A stretch of DNA of 54,976 nucleotides from Acidobacteriota bacterium (GTDB lineage Bacteria; Acidobacteriota; Blastocatellia; RBC074), in the NCBI GenBank assembly GCA_043718445.1, contig JAYSVR010000186.1, forward strand, positions 1-54,976. The letters run 5' to 3'. The first letter of the stretch is position 1. Every line of letters starts with the position of its first letter. The position numbers and the translations under genes are program-made. Below are positions 36,777-45,708 of the stretch, in pieces. A model generated the notes under the pieces. That model worked only from the letters and a program-made list of their open reading frames with translations, was not told the origin of the DNA and did no database searches.

Positions 36777-37790
36777 TTATTGATTTAGAAATTTTTGCAC
36801 GGCGGCAACCACCGTCGCGTTATCGCACGAAGCGTAAAGATGTCCGCAACTGCCGGTGACTTCGAGCGCTTCAGCTTTGGCGTAGCGGGCGAATGCGAGA
36901 GCCGCGTCGGGGTTGACCATGTGGTCTTGCCGTTCGACGACAACCAGCAATTTGGCTTTGACGCGCCACGCGGCTTGCGCGAGTGAGCCACTGTCACGAG
37001 CTACGTCGTGCGCGATCATGGCTTTCAGTTGCGCAGCCCAGTTGTCAGAGCGAAAGGTTTGGTAATTCGTTTCTTCGGTTTGAATGAACTTGTCGAACTC
37101 AGCCGTCGGCGTTTGTTGATTGCGAAAGGTCGGCGAAGACAGCGCCAGCGCGTGCAAGCGCGCGACCATTGCGCCCGCATTGTCGCCGTTGCCGGTGAGG
37201 CGGCGCGCGTCTTCGATGGCTTTGAGTTGCGTCGTCCACAGCAACTTGTCGTAAGAGGATTGTTGCGGCGTACCCACAATTGGCACGGCGCGTTCCATCA
37301 TTTCAGGATAGGCCACCAGCCATTCAAAAGTTTGCATGCCGCCCATCGAGATGCCCATCACGGCGTAAAGTTTCTTGATGCCGAAGGTCTTCGTTACGAG
37401 TTCGTATTCGGCATTCACCATGTCTCTGATCGTGATGGCAGGGAAGCCCGCTGGCTCGTTGGCAACGTTGCTGGGCGAACTCGAAACGCCGTTGCCGAGC
37501 GCGTCTACGAGAATGACGAAGTAGCGCGCGGGATCAACGAGTGACTCTTTGCCTACCGCAAATGCCAATTGTTCGCTCTTGCCGTTGAACCACGTAGGAA
37601 ACAGCACGGCGTTCGTCTTGTCAGCGTTGAGTGTGCCGTATGTGCGATAGCCCAGCTTGCAATTTTGAATCGTCGCACCGCCTATCGTTTTGAATGCGCC
37701 GAGTTCGACGAACCGTTGTTCGCCTTGCGCGAAAGCGGTCACGCAACCGAGGCAGAGCCAGAGTGCGAGCGCCAAAAAACTTTGTCTCAT
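36777..37790 (-). CDS. Secreted alpha/beta hydrolase, homoserine O-acetyltransferase (MetX)-like fold
   Basis: Signal peptide MRQSFLALALWLCLGCVTAFAQ. Nucleophile elbow GISMGGMQTFEW. It starts 2 nt after the end of... more precisely, its stop lies 2 nt upstream of no gene; its downstream neighbour on the minus strand is the Nudix-MBL gene, separated by a 2-nt gap. Confidence 0.75.
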   Translation of the reverse strand: MRQSFLALALWLCLGCVTAFAQGEQRFVELGAFKTIGGATIQNCKLGYRTYGTLNADKTNAVLFPTWFNGKSEQLAFAVGKESLVDPARYFVILVDALGNGVSSSPSNVANEPAGFPAITIRDMVNAEYELVTKTFGIKKLYAVMGISMGGMQTFEWLVAYPEMMERAVPIVGTPQQSSYDKLLWTTQLKAIEDARRLTGNGDNAGAMVARLHALALSSPTFRNQQTPTAEFDKFIQTEETNYQTFRSDNWAAQLKAMIAHDVARDSGSLAQAAWRVKAKLLVVVERQDHMVNPDAALAFARYAKAEALEVTGSCGHLYASCDNATVVAAVQKFLNQ

Positions 37791-37929
37791 TTAAGTTTCC
37801 TTTCTAAAGGTGAATCGGATTTGATTGTGAGGCAAGACTAAAAGAGATGATGCGAAAAGAAAACAGACTGATAGCTAGGGCAAATGGGCTGTGTTAAATT
37901 CCCGCTCGTTCCCGCTGATTTCACCAAAA

Positions 37930-38502
37930 ATGACAACTCCTACATCACACGAAGTCACCCAATTGCTGCACGCTTGGAGCGGCGGCGATGAAGCGGCGCT
38001 CGCCGAACTAGCGCCGCTGGTCGAAAGAGAATTACGCCGACTGGCGCGGCGCTCACTAGCGCGCGACCAGGCGGCGCATTCGCTGATGCCTTCTGATCTC
38101 GTCAATGAGGCTTATGTGCGCTTGATTGATTGGAAGACGGCGCAGTGGGAAAACCGCGCGCACTTTTTTGGAGTGGCAGCACAACTGATGCGCCGCATTC
38201 TCGTTGACCACGCGCGCCGCCGACAGGCCGAGAAACATGGCGGCGAGGCAATTCGTATTTCGATGAGCGCGATTGAGAACGAACCGCTGAACAAAGACCC
38301 TGAACTGTTGGCGCTGGACGACGCTCTCACGGCGCTTTCGGCTTTTGATCAGCGCAAGTGCCAGGTCGTTGAATTGAAATTTTTTGCCGGACTCAATGAA
38401 ACTGAAATCGCTGAAGTGATGAAACTCTCGTTACGCACTGTGCAACGCGAATGGAATTTTGCGCGCGCGTGGCTTTACAGCGAACTCAATCAAGCGGCCT
38501 GA
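37930..38502 (+). CDS. ECF sigma factor, TIGR02999 (Sig-70_X6 / Sigma70_ECF) type
   Basis: TQLLHAWSGGDEAALAELAPLVERELRRLA...LVNEAYVRLIDWKTAQWENRAHFFGVAAQLMRRILVDHARRR. C-terminal HTH LNETEIAEVMKLSLRTVQREW. Confidence 0.85.
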   Translation: MTTPTSHEVTQLLHAWSGGDEAALAELAPLVERELRRLARRSLARDQAAHSLMPSDLVNEAYVRLIDWKTAQWENRAHFFGVAAQLMRRILVDHARRRQAEKHGGEAIRISMSAIENEPLNKDPELLALDDALTALSAFDQRKCQVVELKFFAGLNETEIAEVMKLSLRTVQREWNFARAWLYSELNQAA

Positions 38503-38532
38503 GGTTTCGAGTGGCTTGTTTTTCAAATTGGT

Positions 38533-39051
38533 TTAAGTGGTGAACAAATCACTGACGCGGCATTTGAAGCCGGGCAAGAGTGTTTCGCTCGTCAAGTCTT
38601 TGTTGGCAGTGACAACACTGATTTTCGTAAGCGAGTCGTAAATGGTCACTTGTTGATCTTCGATAGTAACCAGCCAGACTTGCTGCACGCCTGCCGCAAA
38701 GTATTCGCGTACCTTGTTCATCACTTTTGAATAAATGTCGGTGGGCGAAATGATTTCAATGGCAAGGTCGGGCGCAATCTCCCATTTGCTCATCGGCTCG
38801 CCTTCCGCCGGGATGCGTGCCGCAGACACAAATCCGATGTCCGGCAATCGCTCAACCGCACCTACCTGAAATGTTGTATCGGGCGTATAGATGTGCCCGG
38901 CCCTACTTTTTCTGAGATAGAGGTTGAGTTCAGTAATTAGCTCCACCCCAATTCTGCCGTGTCTTGCCCCTGCCATTTTGACCTCCTTGTGGCCGTTTAC
39001 GATTTCGTAATCAAGGTCGTCTTCGTATGCAACTTGCGTACTCGCTGTCAT
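38533..39051 (-). CDS. Uma2 family (DUF820) PD-(D/E)xK-like endonuclease
   Basis: YEIVNGHKEVKMAGARHGRIG...PDIGFVS...APDLAIEIISP...KVREYFAAGVQQVWLV. The ATG at 39051 has GGAGG upstream. Confidence 0.8.
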   Translation of the reverse strand: MTASTQVAYEDDLDYEIVNGHKEVKMAGARHGRIGVELITELNLYLRKSRAGHIYTPDTTFQVGAVERLPDIGFVSAARIPAEGEPMSKWEIAPDLAIEIISPTDIYSKVMNKVREYFAAGVQQVWLVTIEDQQVTIYDSLTKISVVTANKDLTSETLLPGFKCRVSDLFTT

Positions 39052-39106
39052 AAACTTTACCTCCAGTTTGAACTGCTCGAAGAAACGGACGCATTCTAGT
39101 CCGGCA

Positions 39107-41137
39107 TTACGGAAGTGCAAAAATCACTATCGTCGAAGAACCCAGCGGCGCATGCCAAAAGCCCGACGTACTGCCCGAAGCCACCGCGACGTATTGTTTG
39201 TTATTGATTGCGTAACTCAGCACGCCGCCATTCAGCGGCCCGCCTGTGTTGAAACGGTAAAGCACCTTGCCGGTTTTGGCATCGAGCGTAAGAAAGTCGC
39301 CTGACAATTCGCCGGTGAAAATTACGCCAGCCGAGGTCGTTGTCACTGCCGCGAGCATCGGTTTCGCCGCCGGATATTGCCAAGCGACTTTGCCCGTACT
39401 CGCATCAATTGCCGTGAGCCAGCCTTTCATCTGGTCAGGCGGAGCGCTTTGCACCATTCCGCCCATATAAATCTGCCCCATGATGAAGCGCGACTCAGCG
39501 GCCTTGCGGAAGAAGCCGCACCAATCCACGGCAGGCACATAAAGCATATTGGTGCGTGCGTTATAAGCCGGGCCGTTCCACAACACCGCGCCCATCACAC
39601 CGGGGCAAGCGCGTATGCCTTCGCGCGTGACGGGCTTGTCGGCATTGAGCCGCGTCGTAACAGCGACTTCATACAAATGCTCTTTGGTCTCGCGGTCGAG
39701 TACGTGCAGCAAGCCATCTTTGCCTACGACCGAAACGAGCTTGCGCGTCTTGCCGCCGACGTTGGCGGTAAAGAGCGGACTGACCTGCGTCAAATCCCAG
39801 TCGTGCGTATCGTTCGGCATCGTCTGATAAAACCACTGCATTTTGCCGGTGCGTACGTTCAACACAACCATGCAATTCGTATAAAGATTTGCGCCTGCGC
39901 GGTCGTCGTTGAATAAATCCGGCGCGGGGTTGGCGACCGGGATGTAAAGCAAGCCCGCTTGCTGGTCGAGCGAAATTGCCGACCACACCGCGCCGCCGCC
40001 GTGCAGTTTTGATTCGGCTTTGCTCCACGTTTCAGCGCCCGGCTCGCCATCATTGGGAATCGTATTAAAGCGCCACACCGGTTCGCCGTCAGCCAATTTG
40101 AATGCGCCCATCCAGCCTTTTACGCCTTGTTCGCTGATGCCGAGGCCGAGCAGGATGAGGTCTTCAAAAACGAGCGGAGCCATATTGAACGCGCCTTCGT
40201 TTTTGGCGGCGTCCACGATTTTGCGTTCCCACAGCAACTTGCCCGATTCGATTTCGAGTGCATACAAATAGCCATCTGACGTAGCGCGCACGACGCGGCC
40301 TTGCGCGATGGCTACGCCGCGATTGGGCGGATGCACTTCGATGGATTTGGCCTTGCGATCAAAGCGCCATTTCAAACGACAGTTCGTCGCATCAATCGCA
40401 ATGGTTGCGCCCGCCGTCGTGAAATACATCACGCTCCGATAAACCAGCGGATTGGCGTGAAACGATTTCGTATCGCCCGCCTGATACATACAAACCGGGC
40501 GCAACGTCGCGGCGTTGTTGGGTGTGATTTGTTTGAGGTCAACGTAACGCTGTCCGCCGTAATCGTGATTGGGCATCAGCCAGTCGGTCGAATTCGTTGC
40601 CGCTGCATTCAGTTCTTGTTGCGTGGGATACGTCGCCAGCTTGAGGTCGCTGGTGGTTTGAGGCTTGGCATCTTCTGTTGCGGAATGCAGCAAGCCTTGG
40701 GTGGTTGCCACTTGCGGTTGAATCTTGATGGCTTTGAGCGCCGCGTCATCCGGCGGCAATTCGCGCGCGCCTGCGCTGTATCCGTTCGCGCGCAACTGTG
40801 CCGCGACGATGTCAATGTATTGCTGCCGCGTCAGCGTACCGGCTGCGCCATAAGGCATTTGCGTACGCGTGATGTAAAACAATTCTTCGACCGACTTGCC
40901 GCCCCATTTTGCCATAAAGCGACTGCCTGTTAGCGCCGCTGCTGAACCACCTTCGAGTTGTTGTCCGTGGCACTTGGCACAGTGCGCGGCATAAAGCGTT
41001 TGCCCGCGCAGAGCTTGTGCTTCGGTGTAAACGCCACCTTGCATACTCGCGTGAGTCGTGAACGAACGGCTGGCGAACCAACTGACTAAACAACATAGCA
41101 ACAAAAGAGAAATGCGTAATGGTAGTTTCATAAACAT
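39107..41137 (-). CDS. Secreted PQQ-dependent dehydrogenase with an N-terminal cytochrome c domain
   Basis: Signal peptide MFMKLPLRISLLLLCCLVSWFA. Heme motif CAKCHG. Also seen are NSTDWLMPNHDYGGQRYVDLKQITPNNAATL and beta-propeller W-motifs. Confidence 0.8.
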   Translation of the reverse strand: MFMKLPLRISLLLLCCLVSWFASRSFTTHASMQGGVYTEAQALRGQTLYAAHCAKCHGQQLEGGSAAALTGSRFMAKWGGKSVEELFYITRTQMPYGAAGTLTRQQYIDIVAAQLRANGYSAGARELPPDDAALKAIKIQPQVATTQGLLHSATEDAKPQTTSDLKLATYPTQQELNAAATNSTDWLMPNHDYGGQRYVDLKQITPNNAATLRPVCMYQAGDTKSFHANPLVYRSVMYFTTAGATIAIDATNCRLKWRFDRKAKSIEVHPPNRGVAIAQGRVVRATSDGYLYALEIESGKLLWERKIVDAAKNEGAFNMAPLVFEDLILLGLGISEQGVKGWMGAFKLADGEPVWRFNTIPNDGEPGAETWSKAESKLHGGGAVWSAISLDQQAGLLYIPVANPAPDLFNDDRAGANLYTNCMVVLNVRTGKMQWFYQTMPNDTHDWDLTQVSPLFTANVGGKTRKLVSVVGKDGLLHVLDRETKEHLYEVAVTTRLNADKPVTREGIRACPGVMGAVLWNGPAYNARTNMLYVPAVDWCGFFRKAAESRFIMGQIYMGGMVQSAPPDQMKGWLTAIDASTGKVAWQYPAAKPMLAAVTTTSAGVIFTGELSGDFLTLDAKTGKVLYRFNTGGPLNGGVLSYAINNKQYVAVASGSTSGFWHAPLGSSTIVIFALP

Positions 41138-41147
41138 GTCGTCCTCT

Positions 41148-42536
41148 TCATTTTCTATCGTGCAGACAAGCGAGAATCGCCGCTGCCGAGCGATCAATGT
41201 CGCTTTCTGTGGTAGACCAATTTGAAACCGAGATGCGCAGCGCGTGCTTGCCTTGCCACGTAGTGCCGCCCGCCCAACAGGTTCCGTCTTCCTGCACGCG
41301 CCGAATTATTTCAGCCGTGAAGGCATCATCATCTTCACCGTTCTCAAACCGCACCAACACTTGATTGATGACCACGTCATTCAGAATTTGCACTTGGTCA
41401 TCAGTCGCCAAACGTTCCGCGAAGCGTCGCGCCAAGTGACAGCAACGCTCGACGATACTCGCTACGCCATTGCTGCCCAAAGCCCGCAACGCGGCGTAAA
41501 TCGCAAAGCAACGCGCCCGCCGCGAAGCCTCTGGCACCCAATTGTGATTGTCGCGCGCGGCCTCTGGACTCGGCACGTAATACGCCGCGTTCAACGTCAT
41601 CGCGGCGTAATGCGCGGCGCGGTCACGTACGAACACTAAGCCGGAATCGTAAGGCACGTTCAACCATTTGTGGCAATCCACCGAAAATGAATCGGCCTGC
41701 TCAAGTTGCGCAACCAACTGACGATATTGCGCTGACGCCGCTACCCAGCCGCCGAACGCGCCGTCAACGTGCAACCAGCCCTGCTTGTTACGAACCAGCG
41801 GAACGATCTCTGACAGCGGATCGAATGCGCCCGTGTTGACGTTGCCCGCCTGCGCGCAAACCAGTACTGGCGTATTGATGCGCGTGAGTGCAGCTTCAAG
41901 CGCATCAGCTCGCATCCGTCCTTGCGTGTCGGTGGCTACGCGTGTAACGCGCTCACGTCCGAGGCCGAGCATTTGCAGGGACGCAAAAACCGAGATGTGC
42001 GATTCGTCACTGGTCACGACCGTGATGGCAGGTGCATCGAATAAGCCTTGCGCTTCGACATCCCACCCTACGCTTTTCAGCAATGCATGCCGCGCCGCCG
42101 CCAGTCCGGTGAAATTCGCCATCGTGCCGCCTGTCACCAACCCCATGCTCATCTCGTTCGACAAGCCCAACAGTTCGAGCAACCACGTTCTGACGACTTC
42201 TTCGACCGCCGCCGCAGCCGGTGACAGCACAAACGAAAAAGCGTTCTGATCCCACACCGAAGCCAGCCAGTCTGCCGCTACGCTGGCAGGCAACGCGCCG
42301 CCGGTGACGAATCCGAAATAGCGCGGCCCCGGCGTAGCTACCAAACCTGGCTCGACAGCCGCCACCATTTGTTCGATCACTTCGCGCGCATCCGTTCCAT
42401 CGGCTGGCAAGCCGCCGCCCAGGCTTTCGAGCAGAGCAGAGAACTCAACCGGCGCGGCTACCGGACGCTCGTGCAAGCGCGCGAGGTAATCGAGCGCGAG
42501 CGCGGCAGTTCGTTGCAACAAGGCTTCATGGTTCAT
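41148..42536 (-). CDS. PLP-dependent group II amino-acid decarboxylase
   Basis: SVDCHKWLNVPYDSG lysine motif, TGGTMANF, and HVDGAFGG. Confidence 0.8.
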   Translation of the reverse strand: MNHEALLQRTAALALDYLARLHERPVAAPVEFSALLESLGGGLPADGTDAREVIEQMVAAVEPGLVATPGPRYFGFVTGGALPASVAADWLASVWDQNAFSFVLSPAAAAVEEVVRTWLLELLGLSNEMSMGLVTGGTMANFTGLAAARHALLKSVGWDVEAQGLFDAPAITVVTSDESHISVFASLQMLGLGRERVTRVATDTQGRMRADALEAALTRINTPVLVCAQAGNVNTGAFDPLSEIVPLVRNKQGWLHVDGAFGGWVAASAQYRQLVAQLEQADSFSVDCHKWLNVPYDSGLVFVRDRAAHYAAMTLNAAYYVPSPEAARDNHNWVPEASRRARCFAIYAALRALGSNGVASIVERCCHLARRFAERLATDDQVQILNDVVINQVLVRFENGEDDDAFTAEIIRRVQEDGTCWAGGTTWQGKHALRISVSNWSTTESDIDRSAAAILACLHDRK

Positions 42537-42593
42537 AGAGATTATCGCGCTGCGAATTTCTGTACGCTTCAGTTATTAAACCCCGGTGGTGAT

Positions 42594-43574
42594 TCAAAAC
42601 GTTGCAATCGGATTCAACGGCGAACCCGTTCCGCCCGTGATCGGCAGCGGCGCGGCAGTCAGCAAAAACGTCCAGCGTTTGCGTTGCGCGGTGGCAGTGG
42701 CGAGCGCGCCCAAATCGCAGTTATCAAAGATGTGTACGCCCATCGCATTCAGCGTCAGCAGATGCACCGGATGCGAGACGCCTTCGATGCCCGAAGGCAA
42801 CACGTCGCTGGCGGCATCGCTGCCGAGGATGGCGATGTCACGATCTCTCAGCCACTTCGCGCACGAAGCGTGCAAGCCCGCCGTGCCTTTCTCAGCATCC
42901 CACGCGCCTTTGGCGGCGCGCCGCGCCCAGCGTCCGGTATTGATAAACAACGCATCGCCCGCGCCGACCTTGATTCCGGCGCGCTTTTCCCACGCGTCCA
43001 AATCCGCCGGATAAATCGCTACGTTGCCATCGAGATAAGGCACGCCTTTGAGCGCAGCCATATCCATCAGCACGCCGCGCGTGAAGATGCCTTGTTTCAA
43101 ATTGGTAATCGCCAGCTTTTGCGCACCCTTGGCGGTGACTTCCTGTTGCGAGAATCCGTTATACATCTTGCCCTGATAAAAGATGTGGCAGAGCGCGTCC
43201 ATATGCGTGTGCTGGTATCCATGAAAGAGTACCGACAACGTATCCACGCTCCATTGTCCGGTCGGGTCAGCGCCGGTCAGTTTCATTGTATGCTCAAAGG
43301 GATCGGGATTATCAGCTTCAACCGCGCCATTGGTGTCGTGCGCCAGCGAAACGGCGAAGCCCTCTTTGACCAGCGCCGCAGCCTCTTTGCGTTTGGTGGG
43401 CGTAATCAGATTGAGCGTGCCGAGTTGATCGTCTTTGCCCCAACGTCCCCAGTTAGAAAGCTGCGTCATCATTCGATCAATGTCGGCTTTGGTCAGCTTT
43501 TGCTGCGCACGAGCAGAGGGCAGAAATGCGAGGGCGGCACAGAGCGCGATGATTGAATATATTTTACGGTTCAT
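42594..43574 (-). CDS. Secreted cyclase-family protein (kynurenine formamidase-like, PF04199)
   Basis: Signal peptide MNRKIYSIIALCAALAFLPSARAQ. LSNWGRWGKDDQLGTLNLITP and HGYQHTHMDALCH. Confidence 0.8.
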   Translation of the reverse strand: MNRKIYSIIALCAALAFLPSARAQQKLTKADIDRMMTQLSNWGRWGKDDQLGTLNLITPTKRKEAAALVKEGFAVSLAHDTNGAVEADNPDPFEHTMKLTGADPTGQWSVDTLSVLFHGYQHTHMDALCHIFYQGKMYNGFSQQEVTAKGAQKLAITNLKQGIFTRGVLMDMAALKGVPYLDGNVAIYPADLDAWEKRAGIKVGAGDALFINTGRWARRAAKGAWDAEKGTAGLHASCAKWLRDRDIAILGSDAASDVLPSGIEGVSHPVHLLTLNAMGVHIFDNCDLGALATATAQRKRWTFLLTAAPLPITGGTGSPLNPIATF

Positions 43575-43628
43575 GGTTTCTCCTGTTGTTGCCGAAGCCT
43601 TGGGAGTGCTGCGACTGCTGAACTTTGA

Positions 43629-44462
43629 CTACTGAACTTTGGTTGACCGCCAGGCTTGAATGCTCGCCAATTCTTTTTGTCCGATTTCATCGAGCCGCTG
43701 ACGCCATGACTTTTCGTAAGGCTTAAGGGCGTTCACGATGGCCTCAGCAACTGCCAGATTGCGGAACCATTTTTTATTCGCAGGCACGACAAACCACGGC
43801 GCGTGCGGCGTAGCGCAACGATTCACCGCGTCTTCATAAGCCCGCGTATAAGCGTTCCAATGTTCGCGCTCTTTCCAGTCACCGACAGAGAGCTTCCAGG
43901 CTTTGGTGGTGTCTTGTTCGCGTTCGATGAGGCGCTGTTCCTGTTCGGCTTTGCTGATGTGCAAATAAAACTTGAGGATGATCGTATTGCTATCAGCTAC
44001 GAGTTTTTCAAACGCATTGATGTGATCGTAACGCGCTTGCCACACGGGCTTGGGCGCGAGTTCGTGTACGCGCACGACCAGCACGTCTTCGTAATGCGAC
44101 CGGTTGAAAATCGTAATCTCGCCCTTGCCCGGCGTCTGTTGATGTACGCGCCACAAAAAGTCGTGCGCTCTTTCTTTTTCGGTCGGCACTTTGAACGAGG
44201 CGACGTTGCAACCTAGCGAGTTGAGCGGCCCCATCACGGCTTTGATCGTACCGTCCTTGCCACTCGTGTCACGCCCTTGCAGCACGATCAACAACGAATG
44301 ATCGCTCGCCGCATAAAGCAATTCCTGCAAGTCGGTCATTCGCTTGCTCAACGCTTTCAGACGCTCTTCGCCTTCGTCTTTGGTCAATCCTGCGTCGTAT
44401 TCAGGATCGAAGGCGCTTAATTTGATGGGCGCTTTGCCCGTGAGTTTTTGAAGGTAAGACAT
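43629..44462 (-). CDS. ppk2: Polyphosphate kinase 2 family (polyphosphate:nucleotide phosphotransferase)
   Basis: [19 protein letters not shown]...[44 protein letters not shown]. Confidence 0.9.
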   Translation of the reverse strand: MSYLQKLTGKAPIKLSAFDPEYDAGLTKDEGEERLKALSKRMTDLQELLYAASDHSLLIVLQGRDTSGKDGTIKAVMGPLNSLGCNVASFKVPTEKERAHDFLWRVHQQTPGKGEITIFNRSHYEDVLVVRVHELAPKPVWQARYDHINAFEKLVADSNTIILKFYLHISKAEQEQRLIEREQDTTKAWKLSVGDWKEREHWNAYTRAYEDAVNRCATPHAPWFVVPANKKWFRNLAVAEAIVNALKPYEKSWRQRLDEIGQKELASIQAWRSTKVQ

Positions 44463-44539
44463 AGGATTAGTAACTGGTAGCTAGTGGCTAGCGGTAAGCG
44501 GCTAAAAATTAGCCACTAATCACCAGCCACTCACCACTA

Positions 44540-45424
44540 TTAGGCAACTCCGTTTTTCTTGAACCAAGCCAGCAGCTTTTGCCAGCCGTCTTGCGCGTCC
44601 GCTTTGTTGTAACTAGGCCGATAGTCAGCGTGGAAGCCGTGCAGCGCAGTTGGGTAAACAATAATGTCAGAAGGCTTCTTCGCGGCTTTGAGCGCTTCTT
44701 TCATCTTGTCTACGTCGGCGACCGGGATGCCCGTGTCTTTGCCGCCATAAAGACCAAGCACTGGCGCTTTGAGATCGTTCACCAATTCAACCGGATGTTT
44801 GGGTTGCAGCGGACTCACTTGTGCGGGTACGGCCAAACGCCCGTACCACGCGACGCCTGCTTTCAGCTTGGGATTGTGCGCCGCATACAACCACGTAATG
44901 CGTCCGCCCCAGCAAAAGCCAGTAAGGGCGAGTTTGTTGCTGCCGCCGTTTTTCAACGCCCACGCTGCCGTCGCGTCGAGGTCAGCCATCACCTGCGCGT
45001 CAGGTACTTGCGCCGTGATCTTTCTGATCTCGTTGACATCTTTGAGCTTCGACACGTCGCCTTGCCGTGCATAAAGTTCCGGCGCAATCGCTAGGTAACC
45101 CAGCTTGGCGAAGCGGCGGCAAATGTCTTTGATGTGTTCGTGTACGCCAAAAATTTCCTGCACGACCAATATGGTCGGGCAATTCTTTTTCTTTTCGGGC
45201 AACGCACGATAAGCCGGAATCTCGCCGCCCGTTACCGCGATTTTGACTTCGCCCGCGATGAGTCCGGCGCTGTCGGTGGTAATCGTTGTCGCTTCCTGAA
45301 TCGGCGACACCGCGAGCGCAAAGCCTGCGCTCAACGAAGTTTTCATAAAGCCACGTCGCCCGATTTCACCTTCAGTCGGGTAGAGGCTCTTGATTTGATC
45401 GTCCTGCAAAAAGTCTTGTTTCAT
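44540..45424 (-). CDS. Dienelactone hydrolase family protein with Tat-like signal
   Basis: [51 protein letters not shown] and GFCWGG. GAGGAGA RBS. Confidence 0.85.
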   Translation of the reverse strand: MKQDFLQDDQIKSLYPTEGEIGRRGFMKTSLSAGFALAVSPIQEATTITTDSAGLIAGEVKIAVTGGEIPAYRALPEKKKNCPTILVVQEIFGVHEHIKDICRRFAKLGYLAIAPELYARQGDVSKLKDVNEIRKITAQVPDAQVMADLDATAAWALKNGGSNKLALTGFCWGGRITWLYAAHNPKLKAGVAWYGRLAVPAQVSPLQPKHPVELVNDLKAPVLGLYGGKDTGIPVADVDKMKEALKAAKKPSDIIVYPTALHGFHADYRPSYNKADAQDGWQKLLAWFKKNGVA

Positions 45425-45438
45425 TGGGTCTCCTCAAA

Positions 45439-45708
45439 ACAAAGGAATCAATGCAGAGGAATGAGGCTTTGGTTGGTAAATGCTCGCCTTCTTCCGAATT
45501 GGTTCGATTGTTGGATGGTTTATTGGACAAGAGAACAGCAACAGAGAAACGGAACCTACCGCCAACCTCAACGCTTATTCCTCTGCACTGATTCCTTTGT
45601 CCGCCGAATTGATTCGATTAAAAGCAATTAGACAACAGAACTGCCACAGAGAAACAGAACCTACCGCTAACCTCAACACTCATTCCTCTGCACTGATTCC
45701 TTTGTCCG
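45439..45708. repeat. Intergenic repeat cluster: one inverted partial copy plus two direct 62-nt copies (period 105 nt) of the same element, with palindromic ccgaattgRttcgatt motifs
   Basis: 45542-45603 and 45647-45708 differ at about 5 of 62 positions. 45439-45478 is the reverse complement of the ...cattcctctgcaYtgattcctttgt part. Confidence 0.9.

Noticed and set aside
42369-43556. 395-aa plus-strand ORF
   Set aside because: It lies opposite the cyclase-family gene, whose product has a signal peptide and canonical motifs (NWGRWG, HTHMDALCH). The plus-strand product is Arg-rich and motif-free.
45439-45708. Possible mini CRISPR array
   Set aside because: There are only two direct copies, the repeats (62 nt) are too long, the 43-nt spacer partly belongs to the repeat unit, an inverted copy is present, and there are no cas genes in the window.
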